This document shows, piece after piece, positions 49,857 to 62,662 of a stretch of 64,000 nt of DNA. Source of the DNA: Gnetum montanum (lineage: Eukaryota > Plantae > Gnetophyta); contig MNCI01002357.1 in assembly GCA_015680685.1 (NCBI GenBank), positions 62,001 through 126,000 on the forward strand, read 5' to 3'. The notes under the pieces are model-generated. The model ran no database searches. It was given only the letters and a program-made list of their open reading frames with translations, and was not told the DNA's origin. How positions within the stretch are numbered: the first letter of the stretch is position 1; each line of letters starts with the position of its first letter. The translations under genes and the position numbers were made by a program.

Positions 49857-51273
49857 TATTGCAACTACAAAATTTGATTGCTGAAAAATTGAAAGTTCCA
49901 GCATAGCAGCCTCAACCAATAATTCCTAGGGCCTCCAAAAATGGAATTCAAGGTGTTGAACAATCCAACAAATCACCTAGGAACTTAGAGAATGCAAAAT
50001 GAATAATGAAAAGGGAAAAATATAGAACTAAATAACCAAGAGCAAATACAAATTTCATATAAAACTAAAATCTTAACACTTTATTAACAAATAAAAAATG
50101 AGTTTAGGATATGTGTACAAGTAGTGTCCATGGGAGAGCAAAGGGGGTTTACTTAGATGAGGTTCAATGTCCGTTGAAGCCCATGCAATCCACTCCATGA
50201 TCTAGATGCTTTGCCACTCCCAATGTTATTGAACCTCCTTTACTACTACTTAAAATCTACAACATTGACTACTACTAGGGGTGAAAACTGTGGGCTGCCA
50301 AAATGCTTCATGCTAGGATTTGAGGATCCTAGGGGTATAGCATGGAAGCCACATACTCACAAATTCCAAGGGGGTAATGAGGGTTACAAGGCCACATGGA
50401 TTCCACACTAAGGGGATTTGAGAAGTAATGTTTCTACAAGTATGCAAGAGTTCTTAGATGCTACAAATGCCAAAGCATATGAATGTAAAATGTATGGAAC
50501 CTAAAAATGGTATTGGGATTTAGATTTTATAGGTTTTGGTCCATGAATGGGACTATGAATTGACTGCAATTTGGTTGCAAACAGCTAACAAATTAGTTGT
50601 AATTTTCTGTCACATACAGGTGAGATGGGTGGGAAAATTGGGGTGGGAGTTACTATGTATGGAAACTGTCACACCCCCATGGCCATTTCATTTACTATAA
50701 ATTGTAATAGGGGCACACCATCCATTCTAACTTTATTCTTCCATGCTAGGTCTTCTGCCATCCTCGCTAGAGTACATGATCAACATTGAGGTCAATGGAA
50801 TATTAAGATCTCATGCAAGTGGCTTCTACACTAAGGGGAAGGTGCATCAATGTTGGAAGGATGGAGGATCAATGCGAAGAGAGGGGGGAGGTCACACCCC
50901 TCCATGCTAGGTATTGTGCATCCCTCAATCCTCCACACTGAGGTCTATCTCCCACCCANTCATACATGCATTCCCAGCGTAGAAAGTGTTATGCCTCCCA
51001 TAAAACCCATAAAATTACCATTTTTGACATCCCAAAGGCATTTTTGACCTCCCCTAAGCCCAAATATAGACAATACATGACTTTTTCCACTTAGGGGATG
51101 AGGCTTTGATCACTTATGAGGCATTTTTCAGTTCCAAAAAGTGTGAGATATGTGAGATTGCCCCTCATGGATTACAATATTCATGTTTACAATGAAGTTT
51201 TACCTCAAGCTTTATGGGGTGGAGGTTACATGATGAAAAATGGTTACAACATGCAAATTTTGGTGGTGTTTCA
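49857..51273 (-). repeat. 5' LTR of element A
   Basis: Direct repeat of 6473-7968. Confidence 0.9.
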
Positions 51274-51389
51274 AAAACCTCTTTCACAAATGGCAGAAAT
51301 AGATGTTGAACTATGAATGATCAAAGCATCACTATCTAGTGAAGCCAAAGTTGAAAGATGACTTATGGTTATATGTCTTTTCTTTAATA

Positions 51390-51680
51390 GACTCCTCAGC
51401 TATAGTATTGAATCAAAAAGATAGAACAAAAGAAAAGCCAATTTATTTTTTTAGTTACCAATTAAAAGAAGCTAAAATAAATTACTCTGTGCTTGAAAAA
51501 TAATCATTTGCTATGATTAAAGCATTGAAATACTTTAATTATTATTTATAGAATACTTTGATTCATATTATGACTTTAGAGCCAATTGTAAAGTCAAACT
51601 TCAATAGGTAATTCAGACTTAGAAGAGCTAAATTGATAGTCAAACTTCAACAATTTAGATTTAGTGTAGAAACATGCTAA
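51390..51680 (+). pseudogene. Old Ty3/Gypsy RNase H relic
   Basis: Translates to ..VLNQKDRTKEKPIYFFSYQLKEAKINYSVLEK*SFAMIKALKYFNYYL...RRAKLIVKLQQF. Confidence 0.7.
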
Positions 51681-51697
51681 ATAGTTTAAGAATATGG

Positions 51698-52638
51698 GTA
51701 TAAGTAGTTGAAGATACCCCTACGCTCAACCATACGAGTCATGAAGCATTCACGCATGATCCGATCGAATTCCACAGACTTTATAGTTCCCAATACACTA
51801 GTCTTCTAGGAAGTCAACCTTGCCCTAATGGTCATTCGTTGTCTTCCCAATTACACTTGTGATGCATAAGGGTATGGTTAAGTGTAATCAAGGCATATTA
51901 TTTTTATTATTTTATGTTTTATATTCCTTGGTACTTAAAGAGAGAGACAAAGTAATTTAATCACTAATTTAATTTAACTACTTAACTAATCTCTAACTAG
52001 TCCTAACATAAACATCTGATCCCACTTTTTGTACATGTCCTGAACCCATGTATCCACTACTAGGTTACCAAGCACTATGCTACTAGGCACACTAAGTAAT
52101 AACACTACTGGGATTACCAACCGACTACATGTTTATGCTCGAAGCCATTGTACTTATGTGTTTATTTTGTTTAGCTTAAATAATTAACTAAATGTTCGAA
52201 GTCTAATTTAGCTTAATTACTGATATAATTAATGAAACAATAAATGCATAAATAAATCATTAATCTATTCTAAGTGTTGCAAGGTTTAATCAAAAGGCTC
52301 ATCTTTATTGTCATACAGACTAGCCTGGTTTAGGTACAACAATGCTTGAATAAAGATCTATATACTTTTTGACTCCTACTGCAAGCACTCAAAGAAATAT
52401 TCTAACTTTCAAATGGAAAAACTACAAGAGCTCTACTATTATAAATTTTTTTCACATAAACATGGCTATGATTTCATATTTATAGTTTTTATTATAGGGA
52501 TGTGTTGACAGGGCCTCATAGATGTACTAAATGCTACATTAATGCAACCCCATCAATGGGGCAACACCACATAAATGGGGCCTGTTAATGAAGCCATGTT
52601 AATGAGGGCCTATCGACATGAAAATTTAACACTTATCA
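51698..52638 (-). repeat. 3' LTR of element D (left end approximate)
   Basis: Diverged homolog of 62663-63628 (cccctacgctcaaccata, gactcctactgcaagca); followed on the plus strand by tacccccatgactaa, the PPT complement. Confidence 0.8.
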
Positions 52639-53149
52639 TACCCCCATGACTAAATGAAAACTTTTCCTTGAATTCCTTTATAAAATTGGGAAGATATGGG
52701 ATTGTTGACTAACTCTTGACATAACTAACTTTCATTACAAAAGTTAGTGCCCATGTGTACAACTCAATACATTACAAAAATTGTGGTGTTCATGACACAA
52801 AATTGAACACCATGATATGACTACAAAAAATTGAATAACACATCCTCTGATGGTATGAAGGTGGTGGAGAAGATCATGTAGTCCCAGGAGATGGAGGCTC
52901 CTGAGGTTTTGAAGGACCTTTGCTGACTTTAGGCACATGTGATGGCTAAGGCAGCTATGATTATTCTACTATCACTACAACCTCTGATGGAAGGTGAAAG
53001 GCATCAAGTAATGCCTTCATCTTCTCCTTCTTACTTTGGGGATCATTCACAATCCACGTGGCATCACCAATTTGGGCTAGAATGGGAATATCCCACAAGT
53101 AAGGCATTACCAAGAACAACTCCTTTACTTGGACAAACCAAGCAGTGAA

Positions 53150-55737
53150 CTATTTGCATTCAACATCAAACATCCTAACTACATTATATAGCTCTTGGTA
53201 GTTGTTCATCCTTCTAGCTAAGTTCTTGGTGATAAATCTTTGATTAGTATATTTGGCCTTGAGAACTTTGAGTTTAGCATTCTTCACTGCAAGCTTCTAC
53301 TTGGTGTCTTTGTGATGCTTGAACTTGGCCTTGTACAACAAGTACAAGCTGGCCACTTGCTTTTTGAGGTTTGACTGTAGTTGTCTAGTAGTCAACATGG
53401 CCAAATTTTCATATAAGAGATTGATGAGCTCCATGTATTCTATCATCTTCTCAATTTGCAACTCCTTCATGTGAATTTCCACCTTGTTGTAGGCATATAT
53501 CCTATCAATGATAGGTTGCCACAATTCTCTTCTTTGATGGAGTCGTTGAAGGGTTTCATTTACTTTTTCCTTCATCAACTAGATGTGTTTTTCATTCACC
53601 TCTTTTTGTAGACTAACCTATTTTTTATAATGATCCTTGACTCTCTCAAGTTTTAGTGCCTTTGATTTTTAGGAAACTACCTTGATTGTAGTCTTCTAGC
53701 AAAGGGCACAAACCTCCTCCATGGAGAGGTTTCTATTGTCAAATACCAATCTCCTTAGTTCTATGTTCACTCTAGCTAGTTGTCCCTACTATTGATGGAT
53801 GAAGACAGTTAATTGTTGTTTGTACTCATCAACATTCATAGGTGATGGTTCTCTATGATCAATTATACATTCTCCCACTGGGTTTGATCCAAGGCCTTCT
53901 AAATTTTCTATTGTGTGACCTCTACCAAGGATCAATAGAACACCACCATTTTCATCACATCCTCAACCCCTTTCAATCTAGTGTGAAGCTACTCAATAGC
54001 TTCATCTTTTGTTAATGTCAAGATAAGAAATGTAGGGTTAGCAATTTGGGCTCTTAATTTAGCAACTTCAACAACTAAGCATTCATTTAGGTCCTTGGCT
54101 ATTTTGAGTTTCCCCTCTAGGATGTTGTTTTTTCCCTTTGCCTCAAGTAGCTTCAACTATGTTGTAGTAATGTTGTCCAGAAGATCAAAGACATCCAAAA
54201 GCAGTTTCCCAATTCCAACCAATCAGTCCAACAATTCTTCATGTTGTGCTACATTTATTTTGCTGCTTGTGGTTCCTATGAACGTCTGCACATCCTCTAT
54301 TGCAGTGATGTCTAGTACAAACACTATAAGTGCATTGAGAATTTTAGAAATTTGGTCAGAAATCATCTCTATTTCCTTCTTCTACCCTTGGTCCAACATC
54401 ACCAATACTATTGCCCTCTCACCTTCCTCTAAGCACACTGAGAAGGTTGCAACATTCCTAGAAATTTCTGGGAGTGGCTACTATTCTATGAGAGATAACG
54501 TAACCTCTTTAGTGCTAGGATTTGATCTCACTTATAATTACATTCTTTGTGCTAAGAAAATGGATCCATCTCCACCCATCAAACTAATTTTTCAGGCCAC
54601 CTCATTTAGGTAACTCATTACTAGTCTATACATAGATGAGTCCTTGCCACCTGTGCTCGCTCATTTCTCTTGTTTACTGAAGAGCCATTCTTGGTATTCA
54701 TGCAACTATTAGGTTATTGTAGTGACATCTAGCATAGTTCTTTGATTAGTAGGTGGAGGTGGTGGTTCCTACCTCTCTTCTTGAATGGTAATTGTAGGTG
54801 TCATGTCTCTCATCATCTCTACCCAATTAGCAACTAGAGCATGCCTGACACCATCATTTATATAATGGAATATTCCTCCTATTTGACAAATTTTTCTAAT
54901 GAGGCATGGAAAGGGGAGTGCCTTCCTTCCATATTCGTTTTCTTTAAACCATTTTTCCATCTCTAAATAGATCAGTTGTGGAAGGTTGAAAAGGAATCTC
55001 CCACTTAGAGTGGTACATGCATAGGCAAAAAAAGGTGGTTCTTTGTCTTGGCCTCATCATGGGATTGAGGTGGAAGGCTGTAATCTTGTAGTGGATCCTT
55101 TCTACCAATGTGAGCACACCAAAATCCTTGTGATTAACATCATAGCACTATCACACCCATTCTTTCTTATTGCTAGGGTCCACCTACATTGAAATCTCAG
55201 CGAGACTCACCCCTATTTCTAGCAACCTGATCACTTTAGCAATGTCTTGCATCAAGTAAGACACTAAGATGTCCTTGATTTTCACCATTGAACTAGCCTA
55301 TCTATTACTCTAGAATAAAAATATCTCTCCCATGTACCACTCCCTAGTGGAAGTAATGATTGGCCACATGGAAGAGGCCTTTAGTTGGTCTTGCACTTAT
55401 TTTGGTGCTTGTTATAGGAAAGGGCCAAAGTTTAACTCCTAGAGCACTATTTTTTAGACCTCCCTCAGTCTAATCTAATTTAGGTAAGCTTCTATTAAGG
55501 TCACCTTGAGATTTACTTGTTGAGTTGGTGCATCATCCCAGTGTGAGTGTTTTGTTGTTGTTGTTGGTTCTGGAATTTGTCAAATAGATTCCACCTCAAC
55601 CTTTTCCCTAAAAGTACCTATGGCATGGATGCTAGTGGTTCTTTTTGGGATTATTCTTGGTCCCTTTCCATTCTAGGTTATTTCTCCCTTGGTTGAGATG
55701 GTCTTGCTTCTTGCGCATGCTTCCCTTTTGGTGCCAT
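53150..55737 (-). pseudogene. env-like ORF of D: Transposase_32-like N-terminal half and coiled-coil C-terminal half (3' end approximate)
   Basis: Acceptor ttgtAG directly before ATG (MAPKGKH); FNLPQLIYLEMEKW...ALPFPCLIRKIC; E/K/Q-rich ORF 53297-53578. Confidence 0.7.
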
Positions 55738-57771
55738 CTACAATCACAACACATTCAAGGATTAGTAGATATAATGTGTAACTTTAAATTTTTGAATACC
55801 TTCTCTCATTAGTCAGTTACACTTTGTCTAAGGTTGGACCATGGAAGATTGATTATTTTATTAATTATTTAATGTAAATGTCACTAGAGATTGTTAGAAA
55901 GGTTTAACTCTTATAATTTGGTGTTTAATAGTTGATTTCTTAGTTAAACCTTTGTGAGAGTTAGAAAAATGGTGAAAATGTTTTTGTCAAAAGTGGCACA
56001 TGTGTGGCCCCCATAATGAATAGCTTACCTCCAATAGCTCTAGGGTCAAAGAATGGAGTATTTGGATAAATGATTAGAATTTATGGGCTCTGGAAGGGTC
56101 TGGGCTCTAAAAATCTGAAAAACTCCCTTGGCATTTGTGAGAAAATGTAAAAATTTCCAAGTGGGGTCATGTATATATATAGAATTTTTTCACTATGTCA
56201 ATGGGGCCATGTATATAGGACCTTGTATACACATCTAATGCATTGACAAGGCCCTATATATGAAGCCCATAGAGAAAATTTTGAAACTTGAATATATTAA
56301 AAAATACAATGAATTTTTTAATGAATTTGGGGTCCATGAAGTTCTAGAAAAGCCAAGAATATGATGAAATCATTGAAGAGGGTGTTTGAAAGCTCAAAAA
56401 TATAAAAATTTGATAGAGAATATGTTTATTCAACAAAATATGTAAAGGAGCACAAGGTTTGATGTAGAAGATGGATGCACAAAAGATTCTAATTGCAAGA
56501 ATGTTTAACGATAAGGTACTTAACAAACCCAACCAAGAGATATGTAAGTGGATCCTTTTCATAGTAGGCACATGCCTTGTTTACCCTTGCATAACCTCAA
56601 CCTAAGCAATTCATGGATCCCATGGATTATTAATGGTTGATGAAAGTTAAGGACCAAAACCTGGAAGATTCTACCTAAGAATTCAAACACATTAGACCAA
56701 GACACCAAATCAAGAACATGGACTTTGGTAGTGAGGTGAGCTAGACAAATGATGGAGAATGTGGAATGGAATTCCAAATTAAGGTTATAATAAGTCCCTT
56801 GTGGATTTTTGTTTAAAATGACCTAAGAAGATCCCTCCATAGTCCAAACCAAAACAAACCTATTTTAGTCACTTTGCACTCCCACTCTAAGACTGATCCA
56901 TACCCTTGAGACACAAGAGTGCTCCCACATAACAACCATCATTCCATAAAGAGAAGAAAAGAAAAGTAGGAAGTAAGATAAGGCCTTAGTTAGAGGGGAT
57001 ATTTAGGCATGGGTAACATGTATTTCTAGTCCCATAACCAGTTCTTATAGCTCGTTTATTTGTCTAAGGGGTGTGCTTAAAATTTCTAGCGTGTTTTTTT
57101 ATAAATGGGATCCATACCGTGCAAAGGCTTTATTCAAATTCTTGTTATTGGTCAATATGAAATGGTAAGAAGTCCATGAAAACACTCAAGCACCCATTCA
57201 AGTAGAAGAGTACAAAGAGTATTGAGTCCCCTTGAAGTCACATCCTATGCAAACCTTTGAATCCTTTCCAATTCTAAAAACTACCAAGGTCACCAATTTA
57301 TTAAAAGTTTATTTAATGAAAAGGGACCTCAAACTTCCAAAACAAGAAAAACCATAGAGTTTGTGGATGGGTGGATGTCATGGGCTCACTATCTATTCCA
57401 TGAAAAAGAAACCATGACTTAGCCATTGGTACAAAAATTCAAAAATAGAAACTAGACATTAGAAAAAAAACATTAAGCACAAACCACCATTAGTAGCAAC
57501 TATAGCACCAGTGTGTCTTGTTGGCACAAAGCACATTTATTAACAAAAATTAAAAACCCATACTAAAATAAAATAAAATATATAAGAAAGTGTAAAATAT
57601 TATAGAAATATTCAAATGTACTAACGATGGTGTAAAACAAAAAATAGTATAAAATAGGAAAATTTTTGAAAATCAAAAAGATGTAAAATACTTAACTTGC
57701 AAAATAAAAAATGTGTAAAAAAAATAATGGAGAAATTGAGGAGCCATATGGATGATTAGCATGGATGGCCA

Positions 57772-57789
57772 TCTCCCCCATGACTAAGT
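57772..57789 (-). promoter_or_regulatory. Internal PPT-like tract after pol
   Basis: ctcccccatgactaag repeats the 3' PPT sequence at 52639-52654; such a second tract is known in Athila elements. Confidence 0.65.
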
Positions 57790-57849
57790 TGAAAGGAGGA
57801 CATCTAAAAAATTGAGCATGGTTGTCCATCTATTAAGGTATTTAATGCA

Positions 57850-60800
57850 TTGGCTTGCTTTGGCTAGTGAAAAGGCTTTCTCTATTGGATATTGACCAAC
57901 TACTTTTTATTTGAACTTTCAAGTTTGTATATGATCATGTCCCTAGAAGAAAAGGTTTCATGAATTATATAAGGCCCTTCCCAGAATGTTTGGATTCTAG
58001 TAAAGAACCTTATCTCTAGGTTCAAATTTTACTTTCTAGATTCTGAGGTCATATCATTTGTTAAATGCCTTGTGCACTTAATTCAAAGATAGGGCTACTA
58101 ATTGGTTTTTGTCTAGCACATTGAGGTTGATCAGTCTTTCCTTTTGTGCTAGACTTAGATCAAGATTCAGTTCACAGGCTGTTGAGAGTGTACAGAGCTT
58201 AGATTGAATCAAGAGCATTGGAAGTTTCCTGTACACTAACTCATAGGGAGAGTAGCCAATAGGAAGTTTCCATGTTGAGTGATAGGCCCAAAGGACATCA
58301 TTGAGGTTTTTTCTCTAGTCTTTCCTATATTTGCTAATAGTTTGTGTTAGAATCTTTATGATCTCCCTATTAGTTGCCTTTGCTTGACTATTGGCTTAGG
58401 GGTGATAGGGTGTTGTTAATTTATGTTCAACCCCCAAGTGTCGCATGAGTTTTTGAAAAGTGGCACCTGTAAAATGAGTTCCATTGTCAGAAATTAGTGC
58501 ACAAGGCACCCCAACCTATTTACAACATTTTTTTTGTATAAATCAAGCAACAGTGGATGATGTATAGTCAGTGATAGTTACTACTTCTATCCATTTCATA
58601 CAATAGTCAACAATGATGATTATGTATGCCTTCTCGTTGGACATGGGTGTGATGGAACCCATGAAGTCAATGTCTCATATGTCAAAAGGCTCCAGTGGTT
58701 AAATCCACTATTGAGGATCCTCCATTATGTTGTCATCCCATCATCTTGTTAATAGTGCTCACAAGATTAGACAAACTAGTGGGCATCCTTAAAGATTGTG
58801 GGCCAATAGTATTCTACCATTAATATTTTTATGGCCATGCATCTCCCTACATACTGTCCTCCACAGGGACCTTCATGAGCATCTTGGAGAACTCGTAATT
58901 GATCTGCATCAAGGACATACCAAAAAACTAGGCCATTGATACATACCTTGTAAAGGTATCTGTTGATCTCTATGAAATACTTAGCCTAATGAAGATACTA
59001 TTATTTCTTCCTATGCTCCAGATCTTGTGGCATATCTTGAGTAAGAAGATAAGTGAGGATGTCATCATACCATTTTGATTCTACAGGAATTTATTCATTT
59101 ATTGTTCTTGTAAAGAGGAGTTCATTTGAAAATTGATCAAAGAGTGAAATCTCCTTCTCTTTATTACCACATCTTAACAAGGATAGGTGTTTAATGATCA
59201 CATTCTTAGTCTCTTTTCGATCTACCATTGTAAAATCAAATTCCTATAAGAACATAAGCCACTGTATGACATGGGGACTCATTGTTGGCTTGTTCATGAG
59301 GAAGTGAATGGCACTATGATCTATGTGCACAAACACTTTATAGCCAAGCACATAGTGCCTAAACTTTTCGAGAGAATACACCATTGCCATTAGTTCCTTC
59401 TTAGTTGTGGTGTAATTCAACTGTGCACCCACAATGCTTTGGCTTGCATAATGGATGTAATATGGATGTTTCTTATCAGCCAACTACATAAACATGGCTT
59501 CCAAGACATAATTATATGCATCTGTCATTATATAAAATGGCCTAGACTAGTCTAGTGCCCATAGAATTGGAGTTTCTACAATTTTTTCTTTTAGCTATTG
59601 GAATGCATGTTCACACTCCTTAGTCCAGATGAATGGAGCATATTTCTTTGTAAGCTTAACCAACAGCTTTGGGATCTTAGAGAAATTCTCTGTGAATCAC
59701 TAGTAGTAACTAGTGTGTCCAAGGAATGATTGCACATCCTTGATGGTTTTTGGTTGATGAGTGATTCTTTTGATGACCCTTATCTTTTCAGGGTCTAACT
59801 CAATCCTTTTCTACGTAATTTTGTGCCTAATACTATGCCTTCCTAGACCATTAGATGGCTCTTTTTCCAATTGATCCTAAGGTTTATTTCAACACATCTC
59901 TTTAGTACTTGCTCAAGGCAATCCAAGGCTTGCTCAAACATAGCCACATAGGTAGAAAAGTCATCCATGAAGACTTCTACTCCACTGCCAATCTTCTGTT
60001 GGAAAATACCAAGGACCAGGCATTGAAAAGTGATAGGAGCATTGCATAGACCAAATGGCATCTTACGATATGCAAAGGTCCCCCAAGGATTTGTGAATGT
60101 TGTTTCAGCCTAATCCTTAGGTGTAATCTGGATTCAGTTATAACCACTATAACCATCTAGAAAACTATAATAGCAATGCCCTAACATGGTATCCCATACT
60201 TAACCAACAACTGATAATGGAAAATGATCTTTGAATGTTTCCATGTTTAACAGCCTAAAGTTAATGCAAACCTACCATTTTCCACCTCTCTTTGGCACTA
60301 TGATGACTGGACTAACCCACTCACTATCTACAATGGGGTAGATGAACCTTGCCTTGAGGAGTTCCTTAATCTCCTTTTTCATAATCTGTTTTAATTTTGA
60401 GTTTAATTGCTATTGTGGTTGCCTCCTTGGCTTCACAGATGGATCAATGTAAGTGTGATGCTAGCATATCCTAGGATTAATTCTAGTGAGTTTAGGATAT
60501 GATCAAGTAAAGACTGTTGGTCATTTGTTGATCACTTTAACCAATTTTTATTTTTGTTTAGTAGCAAGTTTGGCATTAAGTATAACCAACTTGTCAATTT
60601 TCAAGAATACATATTCTAGGATAGCAAGTAAAGTTTTTAGCTCTAGTGGCTACTATTTAAAATTCTCAAGGATCCCCAAATCTTTCCAATTGGTATTAGC
60701 ATTTTCATCATTAGAGAGTTGGTGATGAACTTGCTTGAGTTCATCCATCCCTATGACATAGCGACAAGTCAGGCTCTCAACAGCTTTCATGCACATTATG

Positions 60801-62632
60801 CTGCTATTAGAATAAATAATCAGTGATTAGATGCCTTCTTTTTTGTGGCTATTACATACAAACACCTTTGAATATCTGCTTCTTGTCTATAGTGCTTGCA
60901 TGCAAAAAGAGATGTTCATTTCCTTGCCTAAATTTGCTGCATACAATTACACCATGTATTATTGTACGCAATGCATGGAACTTGTCTCTTCTTGATCTTT
61001 CCAAATGCATTTTCCTTTGATATCTCCAAGGATATATCTCTAATGTCCATTTTTACATTGATAGTGCTTAACCATGCCCTTCCCATAATAATTGGGAAGC
61101 CCCCTTTATAGTTCTTGACCTTGATTACTAGGACGTCAGTATGATAAGACCATCCATAGACAATGATAACAATATCTTTAATTGGTCCCAATGAAATGGT
61201 GATGGACTAGTCTACCAATTCCAATCTGATATTGCTCTTCTTAAGAGGTAGTAGGTTCTAGGCAGTATACATTTCATGAGAAATCAAATTCACATCATAA
61301 CTTGAATCAAGAAGAGCCTTACATGGTTCATTCCCAGCAATCTGTAGAAGTAAGATATCTTCCAAGATTAACTAATTTCCTAGGAAGGTTACTAGCTTGG
61401 ATCTAATCAGATACATCATGTGTAAGCATGACAATATGGATTTTGGATGGAATTTGGTTTGAAGGGGACCCAACAAAATGATTTGCAAAGTGTGAAGTAG
61501 AAGCAAGATGGCTAGCCACCTAAGTTTTCTATAAGGCAAGGTTCATCTACCCTTAGTTGAGGCTGAAGTAGAAGCAAGGGCTTAGTAGGGCTGGTGGGTC
61601 AGAAGAAAGATCTTTTATGAGAATGAGTTTCTAAAACACTTAGTTGATAAACCAGTTGTAGATTGATAGCCCTAGTAGTGTTACATTGTTGCAGCTGGGC
61701 TGAAATTTTACCCTACATAGATGGAGCAGGTGGTAGTTGGGTTTAGGGTGGAGGAACAAGTTTAGGAATAGGAGAAGGATAAGGATGAAATGTGGCATCC
61801 CTCCTAGAATGTGGAGAATTGGTTCTATAGTACTCATGAGGGTAGTAGTGATGTTGGAAGGGAGAAGCAGGACTAGAAGAGTCATGTGGAGATAGTGGTT
61901 GTTGAACATAGTACCTCTATGGATCTAGTTGCCCATAAGGGTACTGCTACCTTGGTGATGGCATCCCCCATGACTTTGATTGGTGAAACTGTTGGTATTA
62001 CTCATACAGTTACAATGGTGCTCCACTTGGATAATATTGTTATTGTTGATGAAATTTCCTGGGGTTTCCTTGAGGATAAGGCAACCTTCTGGGTGTTTGC
62101 CTTCTTGCTAGTCATGGATTTAAAGGATACACTCCAAACTCTTGTAAGTGTGACACAATAGGACAACATCCCTCAGGATGTTCGTATTGGTAGATTTCAC
62201 ATCCACCATCATCATTTAAATTAGTTTTTGCGACTTCATTTAATATAACAACTTTGCCCTTACCTCTTTGTTAGGTACATTTAGCTTCTTTTTGTCTCCT
62301 GTGGTTATGATCACTATTCTATGCTCTTGATTCTTTGATGATTTTCAAAGCAGTTTGAAATTTTTCATCCAACGAATCCCACATTTTATCCACTTTGGCT
62401 AAAATTTTAGAAATAGATTTTTGGATTGGAAAGGTCTTTCTATTGACCACCTCATCAAGAGGTGATTCTTCCTAATTGTAGTAAAATTGAACTTCCCTCT
62501 TTCTGATGGAGGAATCTCTATTGTATTCCTCTATACTTTCTTGTTTCCTCAACTCTCCTTCTTCTTTTGCTACTTTCTCAATTACCCTTTGGATTTGATG
62601 GTCTTAGAGTTCTAATAGCTTCCCTTGAGCAT
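57850..62632 (-). pseudogene. pol: gag-pol of element D (protease ~61330-60930, RT ~60480-59650, RNase H ~59540-59150, integrase ~58900-57850)
   Basis: ALLDS and FPIIMGRAWL; MPFGLCNAP and VFMDDF; YASQSIVGAQLNYTTTKKELMAMVYSLEKFRHYVLG; IDFMGS and PYHP. Start codon at 62632 is tentative. Confidence 0.9.
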
Positions 62633-62662
62633 AAATACAGGGAAAAAGTAAAGACAACCCAC

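Larger units (their letters stand above)
6473..51273 (-). mobile_element. Element A: full-length decayed Ty3/Gypsy Tat-clade LTR retrotransposon (~21.7 kb without nested inserts)
   Basis: Paired LTRs 6473-7968 and 49857-51273; 5-bp TSD AAAAC (6468-6472, 51274-51278); PBS beside the right LTR, PPT beside the left LTR; gag-pro and RT-RH-aRH-INT relics. Confidence 0.88.
51698..62662 (-). mobile_element. Element D: decayed Athila-like Ty3/Gypsy element with env-like ORF; 5' LTR not in the window
   Basis: 3' LTR, PPT, env-like ORF, internal PPT-like tract and gag-pro-RT-RH-INT without an aRH domain. Confidence 0.85.
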
